From: Octopus vulgaris
Taxonomy: Eukaryota
Length of the DNA stretch: 64,000 bases
Direction: 5' to 3'
Assembly (NCBI GenBank): GCA_951406725.2
Contig: OX597824.1
Span: 46,934,001 to 46,998,000 of the forward strand
The notes below the pieces were generated by a model that did not search any database, was not told where the DNA came from, and saw nothing but the letters and a program-made list of their open reading frames with translations. Of this stretch, positions 41,541 to 56,189 are shown in pieces (within the stretch, counting starts at the first letter, position 1; the number at the start of each line of letters is the position of its first letter). The translations under genes were made by a program, and so were the position numbers.

Positions 41541-42722
41541 TATCAGAAATTAAAAAAGGAAACTACGCACACTTACATAGTTTTAATATATCGACTGGTT
41601 TCGCTATCGCTATTCATGATATTATGTGTTACTTATTTGAATATGTATTTTTCTTAAGTAGAAATTTTGTCCATGTTGCGTTTTCAGAATGTCGTTCATT
41701 TTTGGATATTTAGTTAGTAAAGGAAGATTTTGCACAATAGTGTCGAATGCCTCACCGTTTCTGGAGTTGTGTGTTGATATAAATAGTAATGTTTTGAGAT
41801 GAGGTGTGGTACTATGTTTTGTTGTTCTTAGTGTTTTTATGACTAATTGTTTGGCACGTTTAAAGCACACAAACTCATCAAATGCAAAAAGCAAGACAAA
41901 TCGCTAAAGCGACTACTAACAAATGTGAAGCTTTACAAAATAACCACGAAACCAACAGTTGAAAAATGTGGACACCCAAACTGTGGAACCTGCCCCAACC
42001 TACTTTTTCAAACAAGGACAGAGGTTCACAATTAAAACTACTTTTACTTGTGCCTCTGAGAACCTAATTTATGTAATAATCTGCTCGGGTTGCGAATATA
42101 ACTATATTGGACAAACGAGTATGACCTTGAAAAAGAAAACCACTCTACATAAAGAGTAAATCTGTTTCCCGCAATACAGGCAAATTGCTCTCAGTGAACA
42201 TATAGAAAAATGTGTAGATAACATCAAACCAAATTTCACAGTCTTACCCTTCTACCAGTGCAAAGACACAATCTCCCCACAAGAACGTTTAAATAAAGAA
42301 ACTTTTTTCATTGAAAAATACAGAACACGTCTTAATATGCACGCATAATCAACTTTTATCTTTTTACATATTTCAATTCACGATTACATCACTGTACATA
42401 AATCCCCTCACAAAAGTTTTTCGAAACTTGTTTTTTTCTGTACATATATATTCCTTTCCCATTATCGAAAGCTAAACAGTTATCTCCCTTACATACAACA
42501 ATAACAATAATAACGATAACCAATTACCTCCCCTTATTTTTTTACCTGTGAAGGCATTCACTCGTAAATATATCACACACAAATTTCTTCTTAAGAAAAA
42601 ATACATATTCAAATAAGTAAAACATAATATCATGAATAACGATAGCGAAACCGGTCGATATATTAAAAATTATATTAAAACTATGTAAGTGTGCGTATTT
42701 TCCTTTTTTAATTTCTTATATA
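41541..42722 (+). mobile_element. Penelope-like element with inverted 5' segment
   Basis: CGHPNCGTC...FTCASENLIYVIICSGCEYNYIGQT (GIY-YIG). 41541-41668 is inverted at 42581-42722, and the coding piece 41671-41848 is inverted. Confidence 0.85.
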
Positions 42723-42782
42723 CATTACAACTCACCACGTGGGGATAATCGAAATTCCTCCTTTCTGTTACTACTATATATA

Positions 42783-43284
42783 CCGTAATTCTTCGAGTAT
42801 AGTCCGCCCTTCAGTATAATACGCAGAGGATTTTTAGGGGGCTGTACCTCTGAGAAACACCCCTTCTCTAACTTGAGTCAAGGAGGTCTATATAACGTCT
42901 TGGTTTGTAAAAATGTATACGGTAACGTCCTTTATTATTATTGTACATATAACGATGTAAACGTGTAGCTTTTTTGTGCATTTTGTTTGCAGAAAATAAA
43001 GAAATAACAGTAATTACAGTAATAACGTTTAATAAATGTTGCTTACTGCAAGTTATAGATTATTCTTTTATGACTTCATTGCTTTTAGGCTTAGCTTAAG
43101 GTATTTTCGCGCCCGACATCACAAAATACGTCTGAATAAACAATGCCGGACAGGAAATAAAGACTATGACATTGCTTAGAAAACAATTTTCATTTTTACA
43201 TTTTTAACCTCGTATATAGTACGCACTAGGGACTTTGACCTTTAAATTTTGAGAAATAAATGCGGATTATACTCGAGGATTTAC

Positions 43285-43286
<2 letters not shown>
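42783..43286. mobile_element. MITE with TA target duplication
   Basis: TA|CCGTAATTCTTCGAGTATAGTCCGC ... GCGGATTATACTCGAGGATTTACGG|TA. Confidence 0.85.
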
Positions 43287-43337
<51 letters not shown>

Positions 43338-43609
43338 TTATATATATATGCATGTATGTATGTATATATATATATACAGAGGTATTGCATTTCACTGGAA
43401 GCATTGTGCGTTGTTTGTGAAATGTAACGTGTATGGAATGGCGCAACAACGCAGAGTGGACTATAATAACTGCTATGAATAATTAATTTATTTATAAGAA
43501 TTGTTAAATATATATCTATGTATGTATGTATGTATTTATGTATGTATATCTTAAGTCCTGGTAGGGAATAGGGAATAAAAGTAAGGTATTTACAGTTGCA
43601 AAAATATAA

Positions 43610-44310
43610 ACACTTTTTTTACACTCCTTTCAGATATGCAGACACCCACGCACATACATACACACACACTCTCACAAGACAATGATAAAAAGGAAATCCA
43701 GATATTTTTTTTAAAAGTGACATTCTGGCCCCCAGCTGGCTTGACCATTGCTAAAAGCCAATGACTGGTTATTTTTAACAACTTGACCATTCCTCCTTAA
43801 CACTTCTTTCAGATACAAAAACACACACGTACACACACACGCGCGCGCACATAAACACCCCCACACACACACTCTCACAAGACAATGATAAAAAGGAAAT
43901 ACAAACAATTTATTGAAAAGTGACATTTTGCTTCCCCCCTTGGACAAAAACAGCTGGATTTACAATCACTGTAAGCCAAGAATTATTATTGACAAACAGC
44001 TGCAAGGATATCAACAAAATTTCTCCCCTTCTTCCTCCTTTCCTTCATTTTCTTTAATACGTCTTTCAGATACACACACACACACAAACTCTCACTAGAC
44101 AATGATAAAAAAGAAATCCAGACAATTTTTTTGAAAAGTGACATTTTGCCTCCCTTGGAGTAAACATCCTGACCAGTTACAAAAATACCAACCAAACAAT
44201 TTTTTCTTCTTTCCCTCCTTTTTCTTCCTTTCCTTCTTTTTCTTTAACACCTCTTTCAGAAACAAAAGCACACATACACATACACACACACACGCACACA
44301 CACATGCTCT
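43610..44310. repeat. Degenerate tandem repeat, about 180-250 bp unit, about 3.5 copies
   Basis: Recurring CTTTCAGATAC(AC)n..ACTCTCACAAGACAATGATAAAAAGGAAATC..AAAAGTGACATT. Confidence 0.75.
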
Positions 44311-44563
44311 CTCTTACTTTCTCCCCATTAATCACCCTCTTGTACAATCTCATATCCCTTCCCACCACTACACACTCAATAACACTATAAAAATGGTCAA
44401 CTTTTACCCAAGAACTTAGTTCAATTTGAAAACTCCACTAGACTGGACGAAAGCGCTAATACATATGATATATGATATATAATATATGATGTATAAAAAC
44501 ATGTGATATACAAATAAATATCTGTAAATATAAAACCATGCGAATCTCTGAGTACCTCATTTC

Positions 44564-45533
<970 letters not shown>

Positions 45534-45610
45534 TATATATATATGTACGTATGTATGCATGCATCATGTATGTATGTATGTATGGTACATATATATATAC
45601 ATATATATAG

Positions 45611-45691
<81 letters not shown>

Positions 45692-45884
45692 TGTGTATTT
45701 ATGCATGTATGCATATACATATGGTAAGCTCTCCTCGTCATATCTGTATATGTGTGTGTCTGTGTGCATTTCTGAATTGAGTGTGTACAGCTGAGCTGAT
45801 CAATATTTTTTCTTGTTATATTTTTTAAGTGAAGAATCTTCAGTTTCATCTTGAATTCGTACACAACTCTTTTTTTCTTTTCAG

Positions 45885-46031
45885 TAACTAAAGTAGAATG
45901 CCGCTATGAAGGAAAAATATACGTAATTGGGCAAACATTCATAGCCATTGATAAATGTAATCAGTGCACATGCAAGCCCACTGGTGACGTTTTATGCACC
46001 GAAAAGATATGTCCTCCCACAAAAATTACAG
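45885..46031 (+). CDS. Exon/module 13: [49 protein letters not shown](G)
   Basis: ttttcag| acceptor, G|gtaata donor, 147 nt. Confidence 0.88.
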
Positions 46032-47484
46032 GTAATAACTAAAACATGTTTTTCAAACAGTTTTTTTACTCATCACTAGTTAAGTTCTTATGCACAACTT
46101 CTTGACCATGGTTATTCAGTATTTTCGCTGTTACGGGCCAGAAAGTGGAACGAACTGAAATGCATTTACAATTATTGTTGTTTATGTAGCAACAACTTGT
46201 AAGGTCCTCTTTCCGTTCTGGTTGGGCACTGATTTTGCTATATGTCTGTGTGTATGTGTTGGGCACTGATTTTGCTTGGTTGGGCACTGATTTTGCTATA
46301 TGTCTGTGTGTATGTGTGTATCTGTATGTGGGGGTGGGGTGGTGTATATATGTGTGTATACATGTGCATGTGTGTTTGTGTGTATGCGTGTCTGTCTCTG
46401 TGTGTATGCATGTATGAGTGTGTGTAGATCTTCATCGGTCGACCATGAGGATTCAGTTGTCCGATCAGCTTCTGAAATAACGTTTAAGTGGTTGAGTGTT
46501 CCAGAGAAACATGTGCCCTTAATGTAATTCTAAGGCAGAATCAGAATGACACACATATATGACAAGAACGTATCTTTCGGAATTGCAGATGCAAATCTGC
46601 AGACAAGCTTCTATATAGTCTCCTACCTTTGGTCAAATGTTGGGGTCGATCTGTGTCTAAGGCATTTGGTCAGGACGCCATGTACTGCGATCGAAGCTGG
46701 GATCTCGTCTTTACGAAACTAACTTCTTAACCATTTCGTCCATACTGCACCAACTGTGTATGTGTATGTGTGTGTGCGTGTTTGTGCGTGTTTGTGCGTG
46801 AGTATGTGTATGTGTGTTTGTCTGTGTCTGTGTCTATAAGAGAAAGAAAGAGGAACAGATTGCGGCACATGTAAGTAAAAGACATGTCAAGGTGACGCCC
46901 GTTATCTTTTACACCTGACGATTGACGACAGCGTAAGTAAAAAAATGAGATCGAAATAAGTTTTTTCGATCAGTGACTTGCACGTGCCGCTCGTAAAAAT
47001 TGCTTGTCCATGTGTATATATTAGATAAAATAATTACAATGTAGGCAATCACTTATTCATTTCCTTTCACGTCGAAGGAAAAAAATATCTTCTTAAACGC
47101 ATTCTTCAAGCAGCTCCGAAAAGATGATAGCAGAGATGGTGTCCGAACTGTGCTCCCTGTTATTCTTTCTACTATCGCGATTACTATTACATTTCTGTCA
47201 GTCTCTTTAGTGTTTGTTTTAAGTTTTAGCAATGTATATCTCAGGATCACGAGAACGGTATGTCTTTTCCGGCTTTAGCCTACTATCTTTAGCATCGAGG
47301 CGAGGACAATGTAAAAAGAAATATGTTTTTTGAGGAGTGTTGAAATGATAGCAGACACGAAACACTGGCAAAAATTACTTTCGGCGTGTTTGTATAAGAC
47401 AAACCTTTTCGATTATAGTCCAATTTGTCGTAACATTCGCCGTGAAGAACGTTGGGCGCCTTCCGCCATCTGTGTAATCGATTA

Positions 47485-49489
47485 CACTGTGCAACAAATT
47501 TCAGCTTCAAAAAAAGTACAAGTTAAGTAAGACTTGTTTCTAGGTCAAAAAATTGTCCTGATTCTGATCTTTATTTCTCCAGATTAGGCACCGTTTTCCT
47601 GTACCATGAACCATATGTTTTATAATACACTGCATAATATTGCATATTGAACACAACATTGCAAATACTTATAGTTACAAAAAACAAAACAAATATTTAG
47701 TTGGTATAACAAAACATATATTGGTTATGAATTAAAAACACACCTGTCAGTTTAAACAAACCCCAGCAGTAGTCTGCCAACATACCAGGGTTCCATTTTC
47801 CTTTGAATCGTCACTCCATCACTGAAATATCCTGATGGAATCTTTCGCCATGTTCATCACTCACATCACCAAGATTTTCCGCAAAAAAATCCAAATGGGA
47901 GGAGTGAAGCACATGTACTTTTAGAGACATGTTACATCCCATATCATGATAATGACTCAGCAGATCATTCACAATGTGCACAGAGTCTTCTGAACGATGG
48001 TTGTTCAGGAAGTTATTGCAAACTTTCTTGAATGACTCAAAGGCAAGCTTCTCTTTTCTCTTGAGATGTGTGATGAAGGTTTCATCAAGTATAATTTTTC
48101 GAATTTGGGGACCTAATAAGAAACCTTCTTTAATTTTAGCTTGACTCAGGGAAGGGAACTTTTCTGCAAGATATGCAAATGCGGAGGATTCCTTGTCCAA
48201 GGCTTTCACAAATTGCTTAAACAAACCAAGTTTAATATGCAAAGGTGGTAAAAAAATTCTATCACTTTTCACAAGTGGTTTGTGCATGATGTTGTTTTCC
48301 TTGCTCAATTTCATCTCGGATCGGCCAATCCTTGTGTACTTAATGTTCAACTCTTGCTCTGAAATTACATAAGCACAGGAAGAAGCAACATTTAGTATAG
48401 CCAAGCTGAAGGCCAGTAAGCATGACCACAACCATAAAATCTGCATAAATATTCCAAGTATAGTCATCATATTGTATGCTTGTTAGAATTGCTTTCAGAT
48501 TTTCATAAGATTCTTTCAGGGTTGTGCTATAACCTATGGGAACAGAATGCAGAGTGTTATCATTGTGTACGCTTTCTGTACAGTGTTATCTTCACTCCTT
48601 TCTCAAGAAGATTACGTTATTGAAGCCTTGATGCCAGAAACTCACTTTTCTCTTTGGTTAAATAAAGATTCCTGCACAAGTCATTTAGAACCTCTTGAGA
48701 AAATGGTATTGGTTTCTCACTTTCTGGATCATTGAGCTCTACACATTCACCACTGGAGTGTTCATCAGCACTGCTGGAACTCTTCATTTCTTTATCTGGA
48801 GGATTGGGCACAAGTAAATTTTCTGATTGCTCTATTGGGCGTATTGCTGATTGCAAATTTGGGCAAACAATGTGTTTCTTTTTCTTTGCAGTAGTACAGC
48901 CTGTAAAGTCATGGTGATAGAAATAGCAATCTCTAGAGTGATTTTTCTGCTCACGCCAAATCATCAGCACACCAAACTTCATGTGAACATTTTTTCCTGC
49001 ATACCAAGCACTCAATGTCATCACACATGTAAGGCAACACACATGAGGAGTCCATGACTTATCTTGGTTTCCTAAGTAAAAATCGAAGTACACCCTGTAT
49101 ATTTTCTTGATATGGCCTGTAATACTGCGTTTTCTTTAGCATAAGTCAATTCCTCACAGATATAACAGAATCTCTTTGGATCATTTTTTAACTGTCTTGC
49201 ACTCATTCTTGAAAACAAATAAGATCTGAACGATAAAAAATAATATTAAACATAAGCTTTGAATTACATTGTAGGTGTTACTAAGATTGGTCTAGCCCTG
49301 GATTGAAACCCATTATACAATGCGGTAGAGAATTTTGTTTAATAATAATGAAAAATAGGGTATACAGTGACAATTCTATAGAAACCACGCCTAATTCAAC
49401 AAAAAGAAGGCCAGAAATGGATTTCCAATGTCATTTTGCATATAAAAATGGCCACAGATCTCCTGTACTTTTTTGAGTGTTGCACAGTG
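47485..49489 (-). mobile_element. Chapaev3 (CMC)-like DNA transposon, complete ends, disrupted transposase
   Basis: TIR CACTGTGCAAC/GTTGCACAGTG and 3-bp TSD TTA; motifs QDKSWTPHVCC, WREQKNHSRDCYF, LPPLHIKLGLFKQFVKAL, GDVSDEHGERFHQDI. Confidence 0.85.
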
Positions 49490-49763
49490 TTATTATTGTT
49501 TATCATTGAAAACAATATAGTCTCGATAAAGGGGTATCTGCAACAGACAGACTACCTAATCAAAACTAGTCAAAGCATCGATGGTATGTCCGGACACTTA
49601 CAGCTTCATATCTATAGACAGGTAGAAAACAATTGACCACTGTGCCGCATAGTGGGACTCAACCAGAAACTCTATGGTTGCGAAGGACATTCCTTGACAA
49701 CAAAATAATGCCTCGTCGGTAAAATCTTGTACTTTTCTTAGTAAACGCGCTCTCTGGATGTCA

Positions 49764-49804
<41 letters not shown>

Positions 49805-49812
<8 letters not shown>

Positions 49813-50258
49813 ATGTTACATTACTCGGTAGTCAAGATAACTCTGAGTTTCAGATGCCGAAGTGGAAATCCACAACACCATCTCTTCGGTTATCTGGCTA
49901 TTTGAAAACGTTATGAAAAAATACCGTTAAATAAAGGGAAATTACTCTGTTATAACTCTGCTTGCCTGCGTACTTATACATTTTTCGTCATAAAATTTAT
50001 ATAAAAATACATAAAAAATATATAAAAAATATATAAAAATATATAAAAATATATAAATTCTTCTTGGGACATAACATAGAAAGCATGTTCTATCTGTTTT
50101 CTTTAGGGGACCAAAAACGTAACAGAAATTTAGTCACATGTGGGCATGATCCGAAAAGCTCTGTCCTTGTATTTAGACATGTAGTAGGGTCTAAGCTGCT
50201 TTTCCAGATAAGCCATCTCTCCATTATCTTGACTACCGAGTAATGTAACATATTGTAT
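49805..50258. repeat. Inverted repeat pair with a degenerate hammerhead-like motif (49835-49895, minus); probable PLE pseudo-LTR
   Basis: ATACAATATGTTACATTACTCGGTAGTCAAGATAA is inverted at 50224-50258. Confidence 0.65.
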
Positions 50259-50435
50259 AGATAAATTTCCTCTATTTACATAATATTGAGGTCTCTTTCT
50301 TTCTTTTGTTATCTTACCGTTTTATCAATATATATATATATATAAATTTACATCTAATATAGGATAACATTTTTCGAAAAAATTCTATCAATGGCCAGCG
50401 TATTAAAAAATACCTTTAAAGGTTAAATTTATAAA

Positions 50436-50779
50436 CAACTTGTAAACAAGGGCAAAAGAAAAAATTCTAATGCCAAATATGCCGAAAATCGACTTAAATC
50501 GTCAATAACCATATAATTCATCACTATAAGCACGCGTCTCGAAGTAAGCCGACAGAAATTTCAAAAAATTCCGTTATTGTCGTATCGGTTCCGATACGAT
50601 AATAACGGGACCGATACGTTAATAACGGAATAGATACGTTAATAACGGAATTTTTTGAAATTTCTGTCGGCTTCGAGACGCGTGCTTATAGTGATGAATT
50701 ATATGGTTATTGACGATTTAAGTCGATTTTCGGCATATTTGGCATTAGAATTTTTTCTTTTGCCCTTGTTTATAAGTTG
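50436..50779. repeat. Long near-perfect palindrome (about 145 bp arms)
   Basis: Arms are reverse complements with about one mismatch and one 4-nt indel; the spacer is made of short GATACG..AATAACGG repeats. Confidence 0.92.
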
Positions 50780-51331
50780 GCTGGATGCTCGTAGGCACGC
50801 CTAATTAAGGCAACAGTATGTTCCGTTGCCATTTATATCTCGATCGCAGTTACACGTTTATATTTAAATGCGATCGAGAACGGATGACCTAGTGATGTGG
50901 TCGTTGCGGGACCATGGTATCATTTTCTAGACCGAGTGGTGCGTTGTGTACTTCACCACATCACTTAGTCTGACATTACTCAGCAATCAATTCAACACCT
51001 GACGCGTGGTACACCGTTCACATATACAGACAGCGTCGATTTGATGGAGGGAGTGAGCTAATGTACAGCACATAAACTTGATCACTATAAACAAATTGGT
51101 TGTACACGACGTTCGGCTAAAGCTAGACACTCATACGTCGTCTTCGACATGGGAGTCCATCGTATATAGATATACATATGATAGGCTCGCGTCGCAATAT
51201 CTTTATAAGTATATCTCTATGTATATTTGTGTATGTGTAAGGCTGAGCTGATCAATATTTTTGTTGTTATATTCTATGACTGAGAAAACTTAAGTTTTCA
51301 TCTTGAATTTCTACACATTTTCCCTTTTCAG

Positions 51332-51478
51332 TCACTAAAATAGAATGCAGCTACAACGGAAAAATATACGTAATTGGGCAAACGTTCGAATCCGCAGATG
51401 AATGCAATCAGTGCATTTGCAAGTACACTGGAGCTGTTATATGCACCGAAAAGAAATGCCCTTTCTCAAAAACTAAAG
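51332..51478 (+). CDS. Exon/module 14: [49 protein letters not shown](G)
   Basis: ttttcag| acceptor, G|gtaata donor, 147 nt. Not in the ORF track. Confidence 0.88.
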
Positions 51479-51844
51479 GTAATAACTAAAAGATTCTTTC
51501 CAAACAGATTTTATTGATCACTAGTTAAGTTCTAACGCGCAACATCTCCAACTTCTTTACTAGAGTTTAATGTCAATTTTTCAATCACATTCTGTGTTTT
51601 ATTCAGTGTGTTCGCTGGTAAAGATCGAAACGTAGAAGGGACGAATATAAAAATGGAAACAACACTTGTTCGTGTGAACTGAAAGGCAGTCACAGTTATT
51701 AATGTTTATGTGGCAACAACTTGTATGATCCATTCCTTACTGGTTGACCTTTGATTTTGCTATTATGCAGTGGGTCACATGTCTGTGTGTGCGTAGATGG
51801 CGGTATTTAGATGGTATGTATGGACATTTGTGAATGTGTGTACG

Positions 51845-51898
<54 letters not shown>

Positions 51899-52974
51899 AT
51901 GTGTGAGTCTATGTGTGTGCGTGTGTGCTTGCGTGTGCATGCGAGCGTATGTGTGGTGGATCTTCATCGTTCGATAATGAGGATTCCATTGTCCAATCAG
52001 GTAAATAACCTGCTTCTGAAATAAAGTTTAAATGCTTAGGTATTCAGGAGAAACATGTCCCCTTAATGTAATTCTTAGGTAGAATAAGTGTGACACGAGC
52101 AGATGACAAGAATGTAGCTTTTGGAATTGCAGATGCAATCCTCAAGACCAGCTTCTATATAGTTTCCCAATTTAATTCACAAGACAAGGGAAAACCTGAT
52201 TGTGGCAGGAAACATTTGTCCAAGACTTCATGCAGTGGAATCGAAACCGGTATTTCGTCTTTAAGACGCTAACTTCTAAACCATTTTGGCCATGCTGCAC
52301 CAACTTTGTATGTGTTGCGCGCATGTATTTGAACCTGTGTCTGTGTGAGTATGTCAGACGGAGAGAGAGAGCAGGAGAGGTAGAGAGGGAGCGGGAGAGA
52401 GAGAGTAGGAGAGACAGAGCGGGGGAGAGAAAGAGAGAGAAAGAAATAGATCTTGGCATATGAAAGTCAATGCAAAATCGGTTGATGAAAAGTTTATGAA
52501 ATGATGGCAAACACGAATCACTGGCAAAAATGGGTTTCGGCGTGCTCATATCAAACAAACGTTTTCGATCAGACTGTAACCTGTGGTAGCACGCGCCGAC
52601 AACGACGCTAGCCATCTACACTCGTCTGTCCCAATCAATTATTTTTGTTGATCACTGATTATACAACAGGAAAATTTGCTGATCAAAGCTCGCTGAAACA
52701 TTACCCCTTCATTTCCGTAGACAGAACAAATATTTTCTTAAAGGTATTGAGTTCCTCGGGTTTCTAGTAGAAGACACTTGCACCACAGTGCTGCGCAGCT
52801 GGACTGAACCATGAACTGCGTGGGTCCATAAGAAACTTCTTAACCACGGAACCATGCCTAATGTAGAAAATATTGTAGTCTGTTCCTTTCCTTAGTAAAC
52901 GTGCTCTCTGGATAACACGCCATATTAACAATATATACATAGATACATGCATACGTATATACACACACACGCAC

Positions 52975-53020
<46 letters not shown>

Positions 53021-53112
53021 TTTGATACTTTGATACTTTGATAGGTTTCGGCCATTATTGGCCCAGGCCATGTCTAACTTAATAGCACCACCTGGTGAAG
53101 TCTTTCAAGTCA

Positions 53113-53151
<39 letters not shown>

Positions 53152-53152
53152 T

Positions 53153-53213
<61 letters not shown>

Positions 53214-53330
53214 AGAGTAAGCACATAAATGCAAAACAAGGTGGCAAATATAGTACTCGAATACAAGAGGTAGAGTAATGTTCGTCATTAAAAATTTTTT
53301 AAAAATTTTTTAAGCGGCAAAAGTATCACA

Positions 53331-53374
53331 AAAACTGTTACTCGGTTTCACGTTCCCGTTCGTCGGACAGTTTT
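53331..53374 (-). ncRNA. Minimal hammerhead-like motif (CCGACGA core) within hairpin 53311-53457
   Basis: AAAACTGT-CCGACGA-ACG GGAA CGT-GAAA-CCGAG-TA-ACAGTTTT. The inverted + strand copy at 53391-53436 has CCGACAA and AAAA. Confidence 0.65.
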
Positions 53375-53466
53375 GTTTAGAACTCTAAACAAAACTGTCC
53401 GACAAACGGGTACGTAAAACTGTGAGTAACAGTTTTTGTGATATATTTACCGCTTTTTAATAAAGC

Positions 53467-53505
<39 letters not shown>

Positions 53506-53681
53506 TACATGTGTGTTTACATGTGCGTGTATCGCGTGCGTGTGTGTGTGTGCCTGTGTGTGTGCGTGTCTTCTGTTAGATGCTCGTCGCGACATCGAAC
53601 TAAGATAAAAATATGTTTAGTTTCCATCTAAATGTCGATCACCGCTTATATAGGTTACGTATGCATACATTTATATATATA

Positions 53682-54074
53682 CTAGCAGTATCGCCCGGCG
53701 TTGCTCGGGTTTGTAAGGGAAATAATTATATAAGCATTTTTAGAGATGTAAAGTATAATAGCCATCTCAATATGGCTAACCACAAAGGGGGAGGGGTGTT
53801 ACTGTAGCTTTTTACGTTCTGAGATTTAATAATAAATTTTAGAGAGTTACTTCCCTCTATATGTCAAAAATGGATTAAAAATGGGAAAAATTGATGGTAA
53901 ATTTTTTTTAAATCGTAGACTCATCGTAGACGCGCGCTAATACCCAGACGGTCTCGATATGAATCACGACTATAAGATACCCGGTTTTGGTTAAACTGCA
54001 CCGCAAAATGTGGGAGTAGTTAGGAATCTAAATCGTAGGAGACAGACACACAACCTCACTTTTATATATAAAGA
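53682..54074 (-). mobile_element. Non-autonomous Helitron
   Basis: Minus strand: 5' TCTTTATATATAAAAGTGAGG ... 3' hairpin CCCGAGCAACGCCGGG then CTAG|T. Confidence 0.75.
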
Positions 54075-54237
54075 TTTCCTCTATTTACATAATATTGAGG
54101 TCTCTTTCTTTCTTTTGTTATCTTACTGTTTTTACCAATATACATATATATATATATATAAATATATATATAGTTACAGAGATTTACTTGCATAGCAAGT
54201 GACTTGATCTGAGATCGTGTGCTGGAACGAAAACAGG

Positions 54238-54493
54238 TGCAGCGTTGAAGGTGTTTATAAGCCATTTAAGAAACACACAAAACCGTTAGATTCACTTCAA
54301 CATTTAAATTTAATTTGTCAAAATATTTTCATCGCTTTGAGACCGCGACCTGTTAGCACGATATTTTTGTCAGTGAACACGTCGCGGTCTCAAAGCGACG
54401 AAAATATTTTGGCAAATTAAATTTAAATGTTGAAGTGAATGTAACGGTTTTTGTGTGTTTCTTAAATGGCTTATAAACACCTTCCACGCTGCA
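54238..54493. repeat. Palindrome (about 115 bp arms) of a Penelope-associated repeat
   Basis: Arms are reverse complements; the same sequence abuts the GIY-YIG fragment at 16022-16112. Confidence 0.88.
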
Positions 54494-54857
54494 ATATATA
54501 TATACACACATATATATATATATGTATGTATGCATGTATGTGTGTATATGTGTATGCATGTATGTGTGTGTGTGTGCGTGTCTGTGCTTGTGATTGTCCT
54601 CCACCACTGCTTGACAACGAATGCTGGTTTGTTTACATCCCTGTCACCTAGTGGTTTGACAAAGGAAACAGATAGAATAAGTACAATGCTTACAAAAATA
54701 AAACGAGTTGATTCATTAAACTACAATTCTTCAAGGCATTGCCCCAGCATGGCCACAGACCAATGGCTGGAAAAAGCAGAAGAATAAAAGAATACATTCT
54801 CTGCTTTGGTCTTATGTTCAAGGCATGAGAAAGCTTGAGTTTACATGAGAAGGCCTA

Positions 54858-55447
54858 ACAGACCTGGTAGAAACAGCAGCCAAATCTCCCTCAAATCACA
54901 CCTTACTGTCTTATGTATGTATATATATATGAGCCAATGAGGGGGACCTCTACATGGTAGCTAGACCTGGTAGAAATAGCAGCCAAATTTCCCCCAAATC
55001 ACACCTTACTGTCTTATCTATGTATATATGTATGTATGAGCCTATGAGGGAGACCCCTACATGGCAGCTAGACCTGGTAGAAATAGCAGCCAAATTTCCC
55101 CCAAATCACACCTTACTGTCTTATCTATGTATATATGTATGTATGAGCCTATGAGGGAGACCCCTACATGGCAGCTAGACCTGGTAGAAATAGCAGCCAA
55201 ATTTCCCCCAAATCACACCTTACTGTCTTATCTATGTATATATGTATGTATGAGCCTATGAGGGAGACCCCTACATGGCAGCTAGACCTGGTAGAAATAG
55301 CAGCCAAATTTCCCCCAAATCACACCTTACTGTCTTATCTATGTATATATGTATGTATGAGCCTATGAGGGAGACCCCTACATGGCAGCTAGACATGGTA
55401 GAAATAGCAGCCAAATCTCCCTCAAATCACACCTTACTGTCTTATCT
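54858..55447. repeat. 107-bp tandem repeat, about 5.5 copies
   Basis: Internal copies are identical (the ORF track repeats every 107 nt); terminal copies are slightly diverged. Confidence 0.95.
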
Positions 55448-55887
55448 TTCTGCTACTTGGATATAGGTGTTATATTGGTCGTAAAAAACTTTCCTGTCAC
55501 ACACTCACGCACACACACACACACACACACGCACCCTCACACACACACACACGCGCACACCCACACACACCCACTCACACACACGCACGTTAGCTTACAA
55601 TTTTATTTATATATTTGCGTGTCTGTGTGGAAAGAGGAAGTGGGAGGCAGAGTGAAAGAATCACTCACTACAGTAAGTCAATTACTTTCATTTTATTCGT
55701 TGCCCACTGTGTGTGTGCGTTTGCGTGTGCTGTAAACCAGACTAAGAAAAGCATTTGACACACACACCAGAATGTGAGTTTTCTGTAAATTTTGCTTAAC
55801 TGGAGTTTATATTTTAAAAACTGGACCTGGCATGACGCGATGCATTGTACTCTTAGGGGAGGCAGATAAAATCTGCCTTTTATAATA

Positions 55888-55963
<76 letters not shown>

Positions 55964-56130
55964 TAATATAATATAATATAATAAATGCGAAACTAATTTC
56001 TGTGTGTCAGTGTGTCACACTATATTGCCCTATCTCACTATTCATTGACACTCCTACTATTGCTCATGTTTAGGTGAGATAACAGTAGGCATAGAGACGT
56101 TGACGGCCGTGGCAAAGATAGACACAGAGG

Positions 56131-56189
<59 letters not shown>

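Noticed and set aside
54858-55447. CRISPR-like array or retrozyme in the 107-bp repeat
   Set aside because: The units are identical with no unique spacers, there are no cas genes, the context is eukaryotic, and there is no CUGANGA/GAAA core.
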